A stretch of 22,718 bases of DNA from Bdellovibrionales bacterium (GTDB taxonomy: Bacteria > Bdellovibrionota > Bdellovibrionia > Bdellovibrionales > UBA1609): the NCBI GenBank assembly GCA_050246815.1, contig JBFWVI010000026.1:1-22718 (forward strand), given 5' to 3'. Both the position numbers and the translations under genes were made by a program. The notes under the pieces are model-generated. The model saw nothing but the letters and a program-made list of their open reading frames with translations. It made no database searches and was not told the DNA's origin. Below are positions 8,448 to 17,133 of this stretch, one piece after another (positions within the stretch are counted from its first letter, which is position 1; each line of letters starts with the position of its first letter).

Positions 8448-10031
8448 CTACCTCGCGTGCTCAACGATGCGTGTTTCGCGCACCACGTTCACCCGCACCT
8501 GGCCTGGGTAATTCAATTCACGCTCGATTTTGCGTGCGATATCGCGAGAAAGCATTATGGCTTGTTCATCTGTGACTTTGCCGCTGTCGACCAAAACGCG
8601 AATTTCTTTGCCGGCCTGAATCGCATAACTGCGCGCCACACCATCAAAACTATTCGCCACCGATTCTAAATCGGCCAAGCGCTTCACATAACCATCCAAA
8701 TTTTGGCGACGGGCACCGGGTCGTGATTTTGCCAAGTTAAAAGCGGCTTGGACCAAATGAGCCACCACAGACTGGGGTGGTACTTCACCCGTGTGGCTGC
8801 GAATGGCTTGGCAGACATCATCCTTTTCGCCATTCTTTTTGGCATACTCGGCGCCCACCAAAGCATAACTGCCCTCGAAGCTGTGATCCAATCCAAGGCC
8901 GATCCCATGCAACAAACCGGCACGGCGCACAAGCTTCACATCGGCGCCGATTTCACCGGCCATCAGACCAGCGATGTGCGCCACTTCCACGCTGGTGGCT
9001 AGCAGGTTTTGGCCATCGGCTTGGCGGTACTTCAGGCTTCCTAAAACATTCACTAGACTTGGGTGCAATCCATGCACACCCAAATCGAAGGCGGCTTTTT
9101 CTCCGTCTTCTTTCATGGTGCTCAAAAGTTCAGATTTCACTTTGTCGACGACCTCTTCAATGCGCGCCGGGTGCACCCGACCGTCTTCGATCAAGCGCTG
9201 AAGCGCACGACGCGCGATCTCACGGCGAACCGGATCAAAGCTTGAAATGATCACGGTCTCAGGCGTTTCATCGATGATCAAATCCACGCCACAGGCGGCT
9301 TCAAGGGCGCGAATGTTGCGGCCTTCACGGCCGATGATTTTACCCTTCATCTCGTCACCTGAAAGCGGGATGGTCGAAACCGTACGCTCGGTGGTGACTT
9401 CAGAGGCATAGCGCGAAATGGCAATGGACAAAGCACGTTTAGCACGACGATCGGCCTCACTAAGGGCCTCTTCTTCAATTTTTTGTAACTTTGCCGCTGA
9501 ATCGCGACGGACCTCATCGACCATTGAGTTCATCAGCTCGGACTTGGCCTGGTCTGCAGTCATATTCGCCACGGATTGCAGTTTGTTCTCTAAATCGTCG
9601 ATTTGACGTTTGCTCTGCTCTTCCATATCTTTCAAACGGCCTTCGCTGATGTTCAAACGCTGGGTCTGCTCCTCTAGATCACGCATTTTGCTCTGCAGCT
9701 GCTCTTCTTTGCGACGGTAGTCCTTGTCGAGCCGCTGCTCTTTGTCCTTCAACACCATTTCAGTGTTCTGAATTTTTTGTTTCTCTTTACGAATGTCGGC
9801 TTCAAGATTACGGCGCGCGCGCGTCTCAAAATCTTTGGCGCGAGTTTCGGCATCACGTTCAATTTTGCTCACTTGCCCCTTGGCGCGAGACAAGATGCGT
9901 TCGGCCTCTTTTTCGGCGGCGTTACGTACTTTTTCATCCAACATCCGGCGGTACAGCAAAAAGCCCAATGCCCCGATGCCAATCCCAGCCACCACACTCA
10001 AAATCAAATTTAACAGCGCCGCAGCGGTCAT
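8448..10031 (-). CDS. rny: Ribonuclease Y homolog with degenerate HD domain
   Basis: N-terminal TM helix, coiled coil, KH domain ([17 protein letters not shown]), [45 protein letters not shown]. The HD motif reads LLHGIG. Confidence 0.95.
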   Translation of the reverse strand: MTAAALLNLILSVVAGIGIGALGFLLYRRMLDEKVRNAAEKEAERILSRAKGQVSKIERDAETRAKDFETRARRNLEADIRKEKQKIQNTEMVLKDKEQRLDKDYRRKEEQLQSKMRDLEEQTQRLNISEGRLKDMEEQSKRQIDDLENKLQSVANMTADQAKSELMNSMVDEVRRDSAAKLQKIEEEALSEADRRAKRALSIAISRYASEVTTERTVSTIPLSGDEMKGKIIGREGRNIRALEAACGVDLIIDETPETVIISSFDPVRREIARRALQRLIEDGRVHPARIEEVVDKVKSELLSTMKEDGEKAAFDLGVHGLHPSLVNVLGSLKYRQADGQNLLATSVEVAHIAGLMAGEIGADVKLVRRAGLLHGIGLGLDHSFEGSYALVGAEYAKKNGEKDDVCQAIRSHTGEVPPQSVVAHLVQAAFNLAKSRPGARRQNLDGYVKRLADLESVANSFDGVARSYAIQAGKEIRVLVDSGKVTDEQAIMLSRDIARKIERELNYPGQVRVNVVRETRIVEHAR

Positions 10032-10035
10032 CTGC

Positions 10036-10617
10036 CTATCCTTTCGGCTTCAAAATAAAATTTTCGGTCACAACGTAGTCCATCCGCACGTCGTGCGGCT
10101 CAAAAGGCAAATCTTGGTTTTCAATCTGAACACTGTAAGCCACACCAACTTTGGTGCCACCGTAATGTTGCAAAGCTCGGTCGTAATAGCCCTTACCACG
10201 TCCCAGCCTCGCGCCGCGGCGATCAAAGGCCAGACCCGGCACACAAACCACTGCACAATCCTGCAAAGCCACCTCTTTTGCCATGCGCGCGTCGGGCTCT
10301 TGCAGACCGTAGGGGCCAACCACAAAGTCTGCCGTCTGTTTCGCATTGTAAAAATGCAAATTGTCGCCCACCACTTTGGGCCAACCCCAACTCCAGCTTT
10401 TCATTTTAAGAAGAGGTTCTGCTAAAGCGGGCTCATCGTGCAAACCCACAAAGGCGGCGGCTTGCCCACCTGCTATAGGCAACAGCTGCTCAAGAAACTG
10501 AGCGATCTTTTGATCCCAATTGGTTTTTAGATCTGGCCGCAAAATCCCGTGCAAACGAGCCCGACATTCGCGGCGCAGGCTCAGCTTGCGATCAGCAAGC
10601 GCGGCTGCAGCCGTCAT
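10036..10617 (-). CDS. ygfA: 5-formyltetrahydrofolate cyclo-ligase
   Basis: Signature VPGLAFDRRGARLGRGKGYYDR and EPHDVRMD. ATG 10617 has an AAGGAG SD. Confidence 0.95.
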   Translation of the reverse strand: MTAAAALADRKLSLRRECRARLHGILRPDLKTNWDQKIAQFLEQLLPIAGGQAAAFVGLHDEPALAEPLLKMKSWSWGWPKVVGDNLHFYNAKQTADFVVGPYGLQEPDARMAKEVALQDCAVVCVPGLAFDRRGARLGRGKGYYDRALQHYGGTKVGVAYSVQIENQDLPFEPHDVRMDYVVTENFILKPKG

Positions 10618-10669
10618 CAAAAACTCCTTCAAAGTCGACTGCCAGTCGAACAGCGCTAACGCTTTTGCG

Positions 10670-10981
10670 TTAGTTGTCCGCCCGTAATCGAGCGATCGGA
10701 GATGACTCGAGCTCGGTTAAAATCCGTTTGGCCTTGTTTTCAAGGTTATCCAATTCGGTATGAGTGGTGCGCTTAAGAAAAACCAAGTCTTCGGCGATGT
10801 GAAGTGACGCCAGCAACAGAGCTTTTTGAAACGAGATATTGGGGTTTAAATCCAAAGCTTTTTGCACCCGATCATTTACGAGCTCGATCAATTCATTCAC
10901 AGTTTCCAAATCGTGACTGGAACGCAATTTCAACCCGAGGCCTGCGATTTGGACCTCGTATGTGTTTTTATTTGCGTCCAC
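10670..10981 (-). CDS. zapA: Cell division protein ZapA
   Basis: YEVQIAG..LKLRS, V..RV, KALLLASLHIAEDL, C-terminal coiled coil. GTG start with AGGAG SD. Canonical position upstream of ygfA. Confidence 0.9.
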   Translation of the reverse strand: MDANKNTYEVQIAGLGLKLRSSHDLETVNELIELVNDRVQKALDLNPNISFQKALLLASLHIAEDLVFLKRTTHTELDNLENKAKRILTELESSPIARLRADN

Positions 10982-11273
10982 GGTTGCTCCTGTGATGAGT
11001 CAAATCCTTGCTATATTCTTAATTTATAAGCACTTTTTGGTCAAATTACGGGGTCATTTGGGGCAATGAGTCGTAATCTGGTGCGACACGGCTCTCTAGA
11101 TCGCCATGCTTCATTAAACTTTCTAATCGCATCCCAAAGCTGAAGTCGGTAACACCTGAAAAAAGCTCAACAAATCAGCTTTTTCCCATTTTTTTAGTTC
11201 CAAAAAGAGACCAGTGTTGAACATCTAGACAGTTACATTTAAAGAAGCCTCAACTTTGAGGATAGGACCATGA

Positions 11274-13013
11274 ATGCCACGCATACGACCTTTGCTCTAT
11301 AAACTTCTACTGCTGTTGCTGCTGGCCCTAGCCTCGGCGGCCCAGGCCGATCTGTGTGATTCGGCTTTGATGGCAAAAAAACGTCCCTTGACCCGCTTCC
11401 AACAGCTTAGAGTTGAACAAGAGCAGCAGTGGCGTGGTACAGGCCTCAACTTTGAAGCTCTCTTTGAATGGGGCTTTTATTCTCAAGAGCTTTGCAGCGA
11501 AAGCCCCGAAGCCGCTGTTCAGTGCCTCACCTTTTTGGACGCCTTGGCGCGCACGGGACGCCCCAACTCCTATGCTTTGATTCCCGAGGGGGCCCTGAAG
11601 GCCTATGCGGACGAAATCATAAAAAGCAAAAAAGTCCTCGGCCCGTTTCGCTTGGTGCAAGTGAACCCAGATTGGGTTGCGCCGCCCGAAAAAGGACAGA
11701 CCAAAAACATCCAGCAGCTCAATCGCCAGCGCGCTTCCTTTTTGAATCATGCTAGGCGCATTGCTAAACGTGAAGAAATCGACTTCATGGCTTTACTTGA
11801 AAGAATCGGCCGATTGGTCCTCGAGCCCAAAAGTCAGGCCTCACAAATCGCAGACGCCATAAACACAACTCTACGCCTCGATGACTCCCATGCCCACATC
11901 GTGTCTTCTGACGCCATATTTAGCGATGCAAAACGTGATGGCGAAAGTTCGTGGGGAGGGATCGGTATTTCCCAATCTCCAACAAAAAGCGGCTTTCGAA
12001 TCATGGGAGTGCTGCAAAATACACCTGCAGCGCAAGCCGATCTGCAAATCGGAGACGAGATTATCGAGGTGGATGGGCTGAACAGCCATACCCACGGCCT
12101 TATCGCTATGAATCGCCAGCTCGAGGGACGCGTCGGCGCAACAGTTCATCTGTTAATCCGGCGCCACAGGCAGACATTCGAGCTCACCTTAAAACGCGAA
12201 CTCATTGAGCAACGAAACGTCGAGGCACAACTGGTCTTCAACGCCTATCGAACATCGTCATACGGCCATTTAATACTTCGTAGCTTCGCCAACACTTCAG
12301 GCTGCCGCAATTTAAAACGTAAGATCATTTCGCTCGCTAAAAAGGGGGCCCAGGGCCTGATCCTTGATCTGCGGGGCAATATCGGTGGGCTCCGCTCACA
12401 AGCTCAATGCATTGCCGGACTGTTTTTGGGAAAAAAAATTGTCGCTTACGAAGTTGATCTTGAAACGGGCAAGCGGGTGCCCCTCTATGGTCACGAGAAA
12501 AAAATGACCAATCTACCGCTGGTTGTTCTACTAAATGGTCAATCGGCCAGCGCCTCTGAATTTGTTGGCGGCGCCTTACGTGATCATCATCGCGCCTGGA
12601 TAATGGGCGAACGGAGCTTCGGAAAAGGTAGTGTGCAAACCATCAAAGGCTTTTTTGTGTCGCCCTCAGAAACCTCTTTGATCCATTTATTTACGACTAC
12701 GGCACGCTTTGACCAGCCCGGTGGCACCAGCAATCAAGTTGTGGGCATCGAACCACAGTTTTTCGCCCCCATTATTCCAGGTGGAAACGAAACCGACGTC
12801 GCCCGCGAGGCTTTGTTGTACCAAAATATTCCGGCCCCAGTTAGCAAGAGATGGCGGGAAGACCGTCCTGCTGAAGTTAAGCAACTGAATAAGTGCCTCG
12901 ATGAACGGGGCTACGCCGATGCGATTTTTCTGGAAATGCGCTCAAATGCAGGTCCCTATGCGGACTATCAACTTTTGAAGGCGATCGACCTGCTTGATTG
13001 CATGAACTATTAA
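11274..13013 (+). CDS. Secreted S41-family carboxy-terminal protease (PDZ + peptidase) with N-terminal extension
   Basis: Signal peptide ending AQA, PDZ (GGIGI, TPAAQADLQIGDEIIEVDG), DLRGNIGG, catalytic SASASE and FGKGSVQ. Confidence 0.93.
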   Translation: MPRIRPLLYKLLLLLLLALASAAQADLCDSALMAKKRPLTRFQQLRVEQEQQWRGTGLNFEALFEWGFYSQELCSESPEAAVQCLTFLDALARTGRPNSYALIPEGALKAYADEIIKSKKVLGPFRLVQVNPDWVAPPEKGQTKNIQQLNRQRASFLNHARRIAKREEIDFMALLERIGRLVLEPKSQASQIADAINTTLRLDDSHAHIVSSDAIFSDAKRDGESSWGGIGISQSPTKSGFRIMGVLQNTPAAQADLQIGDEIIEVDGLNSHTHGLIAMNRQLEGRVGATVHLLIRRHRQTFELTLKRELIEQRNVEAQLVFNAYRTSSYGHLILRSFANTSGCRNLKRKIISLAKKGAQGLILDLRGNIGGLRSQAQCIAGLFLGKKIVAYEVDLETGKRVPLYGHEKKMTNLPLVVLLNGQSASASEFVGGALRDHHRAWIMGERSFGKGSVQTIKGFFVSPSETSLIHLFTTTARFDQPGGTSNQVVGIEPQFFAPIIPGGNETDVAREALLYQNIPAPVSKRWREDRPAEVKQLNKCLDERGYADAIFLEMRSNAGPYADYQLLKAIDLLDCMNY

Positions 13014-13067
13014 GACCAACGCTCGTCGACTGGCGGACGATACTTTCGCCCGATGTCAAACCCCTTA

Positions 13068-13102
13068 TGACGCGAAGCTAAACCAAAAGGTGCCAGGCAC
13101 CT
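13068..13102 (+). repeat. 35-bp repeat with palindromic core, left copy
   Basis: TGACGCGAAGCTAAACCAAAAGGTGCCAGGCACCT. Its reverse complement matches 14795-14829 at 33/35 positions. Confidence 0.92.
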
Positions 13103-14744
13103 ATTCGCGGTCGGGGTCGGTGACGCCTTTGAGTTCGTCGCCTTCTTTGACTAGGCTGTAAACGTGACCGGCTAACAGGCCGACGATGCGGCGGTATTCG
13201 CCTAGAACATCCATGTGGATCGAAGATGTGACTATGGTCTCTGGGCGTCCCTTCACAAGGCGTGAAATGTGGCTTTCGCGGAAACGCTTTTCAAGTTTGC
13301 GGATGTTGCGCTTTTGAAAAAGCACCTGGCGTGCAAGATCGTGATCCTGGCGCTGAAAACAACTGATCGAAAGAGTCACGGTCTCGGTGACATGCTGATA
13401 AATTTCTTCCAGCTCACTCCAGCCTTCATCACTAAAGTCGACTTTTTGATTGTGCTTTTTGCTGGCCAAATCCAACAGCATATTGTCGATCACATCCGCA
13501 GCACTTTCAAGATCGGCCGAAAAGCTCATCACCCGCATCATGCCCAGTTGAATGGGGTTGGGCGCTTCTTCTAAGTGTTGGGCCAAATACAAACTAATTT
13601 CGCGATTCAACAAGTCCACCCGATCATCACGACGGCGGATGCTTTCAATCAGGTCCGTGTCTTCTTTGCGAAAAAGTCTTAGGCTGTCTAGAAGCATGGA
13701 TTGCACGATATCTGACATGCGCATCAATTCCCGCTCGGCATGAGCCAGGACGACCGACGGCGACTCCCAGTCACTTTTGTGGATGTACTTCACGGAGTAT
13801 TCTTTTTCGGCATGGGAAGGAGGAAAAAATTTTTCAACTAATGCTGCGCCCTTTTTGACAAATGGATAATAGATAATCGCGGCCATGACGTTCAAAATTG
13901 TATGCGTATTGGCGATTGAGCGGCCAACAACGTCACCGCTGACCAACTCGCTGAGCTGGTCCACGAAGGGCACAAAAATCAACATCGAGGTGATTTTATA
14001 AAAGCAGTGAGCCCAGGCCACCTGCCGGCCGACATAATTGCCGCCGATCGACGCCACCAACGCTGTAGCTGTGGTGCCGACGTTGGCGCCAAGGACCCAA
14101 TAAACTGCATCGTTCAAATTGATCAAGTCAGCCGTGGCTAATGACATAGCAAAGCCAATGGTGATCGCGCTGGACTGCACCAAAGCGGTGAATATCGCGG
14201 TTAAACCAATGGCGTAGAATGGATTTTCTTTCATCGTCTGCAGCATGCTGGCAAAAACCTGAACATGGCGCAATTGCTCAGTGCCGTGTGAGATCAACTC
14301 CATGCCCCAAAAAATCAAACCGAAACCCATACCCACCGCCATGGTTGTGGTTAAGGTTCGTTGCCTTGACATGAAGTAAACAAAAAAGCTCATCACAAAA
14401 AGCATCAGGCCATATTGCGCGACATTAAAACTGATCACCTGCACGGTGAAGGTGCTACCAATGGCCGAACCCAAAATCACACTCATCACTTGCGGCAGGC
14501 TGATCACTCGCGCCGAGCCTAACCCCACCAACATCGAAGTCACAGCACCAGAGCTTTGCAGTAAAATGGTCAGGATGATCCCCAGCACGACACCCCAGAT
14601 GGGTCGCTTTGCTAAAGTGGTGATGATTTCACGAATGCGATTGGCGGCCAGCTTCTGTAAGTTTTCAGAAGCCAATGACATGCCGTACATAAACAGCGCA
14701 AGTCCGCCCAAGGTGATCAACAAAGATGAATGCGTGGTGCTCAT
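13101..14744 (-). CDS. Na/Pi cotransporter family protein (NptA/YjbB-like) with C-terminal PhoU-like domains
   Basis: GGLALFMYGM, two QSS repeats (LQSSGAVT, VQSSAIT), GANVGTT, helical C-terminus with DLESAAD and HISRL. ATG 14744 preferred. Confidence 0.93.
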   Translation of the reverse strand: MSTTHSSLLITLGGLALFMYGMSLASENLQKLAANRIREIITTLAKRPIWGVVLGIILTILLQSSGAVTSMLVGLGSARVISLPQVMSVILGSAIGSTFTVQVISFNVAQYGLMLFVMSFFVYFMSRQRTLTTTMAVGMGFGLIFWGMELISHGTEQLRHVQVFASMLQTMKENPFYAIGLTAIFTALVQSSAITIGFAMSLATADLINLNDAVYWVLGANVGTTATALVASIGGNYVGRQVAWAHCFYKITSMLIFVPFVDQLSELVSGDVVGRSIANTHTILNVMAAIIYYPFVKKGAALVEKFFPPSHAEKEYSVKYIHKSDWESPSVVLAHAERELMRMSDIVQSMLLDSLRLFRKEDTDLIESIRRRDDRVDLLNREISLYLAQHLEEAPNPIQLGMMRVMSFSADLESAADVIDNMLLDLASKKHNQKVDFSDEGWSELEEIYQHVTETVTLSISCFQRQDHDLARQVLFQKRNIRKLEKRFRESHISRLVKGRPETIVTSSIHMDVLGEYRRIVGLLAGHVYSLVKEGDELKGVTDPDRE

Positions 14745-14794
14745 AGTGCATATATATGTCGGAGCTTTTGATGCAGAGCTTAACTCCCGGACCA

Positions 14795-14829
14795 AGGTGC
14801 CTGGCACCTTTTGGTTTAGCGGCGCGTCA
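14795..14829 (-). repeat. 35-bp repeat with palindromic core, right (inverted) copy
   Basis: AGGTGCCTGGCACCTTTTGGTTTAGCGGCGCGTCA, inverted copy of 13068-13102. Confidence 0.92.
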
Positions 14830-15951
14830 AAGAGCTAGGGTGAAGCGGGCCTTTGCTTTTGGTTTGCCGTTGAGCAGGATCTCGAGGCCCTGCTCACCCG
14901 GGTAGTACTTGCGTGTGGTGATGGGCTTGATCTTATGGCTTTTAACTACATTCAAGATAGCGCCTGGTTCAAGCCAACCACTTTTCAGCTTAAAGACTTT
15001 TGGGACAAGCTCGCCATTGGCCTTTCGATGCAAAACCGCATAATCGACCAAAAAGCGTGTTTTCTTTTGGCCCTTGTTGCGAATGTTGAACTGAAATTCC
15101 AGCGCTTTTCCCAGTTTTACTTTTGGAGTACTGATTTTTAGGCCCCCTACGCTTAGGTCCGGATGCCCCTGCTGAACGCCCATCAGCTTAAGTGCCGCGG
15201 GATTTCCCGCCTTCACCAGTGTACGAAGCGCGCGATGGCGAATAAAGGCGAATTCTTTTTCAAATTTGGGGGGGACTAATTTTTGCCAACGCGCCAAAGT
15301 CTTTATCACGATATCGGGGTGATCCTTCGCCACGTCATTCAAATGATTCGCGACGCTCTTACGAACAAACAAAGACGCATCGAACTTTAAGTGCTCTAAA
15401 AGTTTTAAATTGCGGGTGGGATCCTTTACAAAGGCAGGCAAGCGCTCACCCCAAGGCAATCTTGGTCGAGTGCCCTCACTAACCCAGCGGCGCACATTTT
15501 CGTCTTCATCTTTTATAAGTTGAGTGAGCGCTGTTAGCGTCGCATCCGGACTGCGGTTCAAAAACGGCCTGACCGCGAATTCAGAAGTGAAAATCTTAGT
15601 CAATTTGATCATGGCCTGAAAAGATTCGTCAAAATGATCATGTCCATAGGTTTGAATGTATTCCGACACCGGCCACAACTCGAATCCGCGAATCTTATTG
15701 AGCTCGACGGCACGCCAAAGGGCTGTTAAAACTTTGGGGTAATCCCGAGGACCAAGCTGCTGAAAAGCTTCGGCCAGCAGTCGGGCTCGATCACGAAGCT
15801 CAAGAGTTTCCAAAGCCTCCGTCGCACGGTAAAAATTTTTGGCGTCAAAGGAAATTTCACCGGCGATGCCCTGGGCGTACTTCTTGACGGTTTTTTGATT
15901 GATCCAATGTTTGAAGGCCGTGGGTTTATCGTCGTTCATACTAGAACCCAT
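14827..15951 (-). CDS. alkC: DNA alkylation repair glycosylase, AlkC-like (HEAT repeats + C-terminal Ig-like domain)
   Basis: SEFAVRPFL, VRRWVSEGTRPRLPW, FVRKSVANHLND. Beta-rich C-terminus with KVFKLK and TTRKYYPG. ATG abuts the ftsY stop; an alternative ATG lies at 15939. Confidence 0.82.
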   Translation of the reverse strand: MGSSMNDDKPTAFKHWINQKTVKKYAQGIAGEISFDAKNFYRATEALETLELRDRARLLAEAFQQLGPRDYPKVLTALWRAVELNKIRGFELWPVSEYIQTYGHDHFDESFQAMIKLTKIFTSEFAVRPFLNRSPDATLTALTQLIKDEDENVRRWVSEGTRPRLPWGERLPAFVKDPTRNLKLLEHLKFDASLFVRKSVANHLNDVAKDHPDIVIKTLARWQKLVPPKFEKEFAFIRHRALRTLVKAGNPAALKLMGVQQGHPDLSVGGLKISTPKVKLGKALEFQFNIRNKGQKKTRFLVDYAVLHRKANGELVPKVFKLKSGWLEPGAILNVVKSHKIKPITTRKYYPGEQGLEILLNGKPKAKARFTLAL

Positions 15952-17094
15952 CTAAATAATCGCGTCCACGTACTCTTGGGCCGAAAATGGCCGCAAATCG
16001 GTAACGCGTTCTCCTACACCGATTAAGCGTGGGGGAAGCTGCAATTCAACTGCTAAGCTGAGCGCGACCCCACCCTTTGCGGTTCCATCCATTTTGGTCA
16101 GAATCACGCCACTCAAGTTCAGGGCCTGATGAAATTCGCGGGCTTGCAGCAATGCGTTTTGACCTGAGTTGGCATCCAGGACCAGCAAGGTTTCACTGGG
16201 TGCCTGCGGATCCAATTTCGCCATCACCCGCTTCACCTTTTTTAATTCTTCCATCAGATTTTTTTGTGTGTGCAATCGGCCGGCAGTGTCGATGAGCACC
16301 ACGTCAAAGTTTTGCGCACGGCCCCTTTCGAGCGCTGCGTAGGCCACGGCAGCGGGATCGGTCACTCCTTCTGGAGAGAAAATTTCCACTTGGGCGCGAT
16401 CGCTCCACACTTTTAACTGAGCCCCTGCAGCCGCGCGAAATGTGTCACCCGCCGCAACCAAAACTTTTTTCCCTTTTTGCGCCAGAGAGTATGCCAGTTT
16501 ACCGATCGTGGTGGTTTTACCAGCACCATTCACTCCCACAATCAGCCATGTCATAGTGGTTCCTGCCGTGGTTCCCGCAAGCAGTGCTGTGGCCGCGTCT
16601 TCATTTAAAAGTCTTGGGTCGTTAATTTTTTGTAAATCCAAAATCTGTAACATCTCTTGCTTTAATGCCTGGCGCACTTGTTCAATGTCCATCTTGGCAT
16701 TGGCATTCAGGCGCTGATCGATCACATTCATCAAACGCTGAACCGTGGCCACTCCCAAGTCGCTGGTGTAAAGCACCTCTTCCACTTGGTCGCGAATGTC
16801 TTTAGGAAGTGTGTCACTGCCAAGCAACCCCTTGATCCGCCCCCAAAAGCTCAAGCGGGTTTTTTCTAAGGCCGATGAAAGTTGAACTGGCGGTTTTTCT
16901 TCGGTTGTTTTTGCAGGCCGCGGGTCAACAGAAGGTCGGGCCGCCTCCTCAGCAGAACTTTGTTTGGGCTCAAAATCTTTTTCACTTTCGCTCTTAAAAC
17001 CATAGCGAGCGAAGTAGTAACCAATAGTGCCAACGACGCCGACAATGACGGTCAGGCCCAATAAAATCAAAAGTAGCTGCTCGTTATTTTCCAT
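15952..17094 (-). CDS. ftsY: SRP receptor FtsY with N-terminal TM segment
   Basis: GVNGAGKTTT, DTFRAAA, DTAGR, TKMDGTAKGG. ATG 17094 preferred over TTG 17130. Confidence 0.96.
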   Translation of the reverse strand: MENNEQLLLILLGLTVIVGVVGTIGYYFARYGFKSESEKDFEPKQSSAEEAARPSVDPRPAKTTEEKPPVQLSSALEKTRLSFWGRIKGLLGSDTLPKDIRDQVEEVLYTSDLGVATVQRLMNVIDQRLNANAKMDIEQVRQALKQEMLQILDLQKINDPRLLNEDAATALLAGTTAGTTMTWLIVGVNGAGKTTTIGKLAYSLAQKGKKVLVAAGDTFRAAAGAQLKVWSDRAQVEIFSPEGVTDPAAVAYAALERGRAQNFDVVLIDTAGRLHTQKNLMEELKKVKRVMAKLDPQAPSETLLVLDANSGQNALLQAREFHQALNLSGVILTKMDGTAKGGVALSLAVELQLPPRLIGVGERVTDLRPFSAQEYVDAII

Positions 17095-17133
17095 GCCCAA
17101 GGAGTTAATCAGCCTTAGGCTGAAATGCAATGT

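Noticed and set aside
8448..10031. rny as a pseudogene
   Set aside because: The ORF is full length with no stops or frameshifts, and non-catalytic motifs are strongly conserved.
9793..10425. 210-aa plus-strand ORF and similar long antisense ORFs (2973..3530, 21737..22231)
   Set aside because: They are antisense to well-supported conserved genes and show no recognisable motifs.
14745..14807. Upstream GTG start for the Na/Pi cotransporter
   Set aside because: It lies inside the palindromic repeat. The family-like sequence begins at ATG 14744.
13068..14829. CRISPR array or autonomous IS element
   Set aside because: There are only two copies, inverted and 1.7 kb apart, with no spacers, cas genes or transposase.
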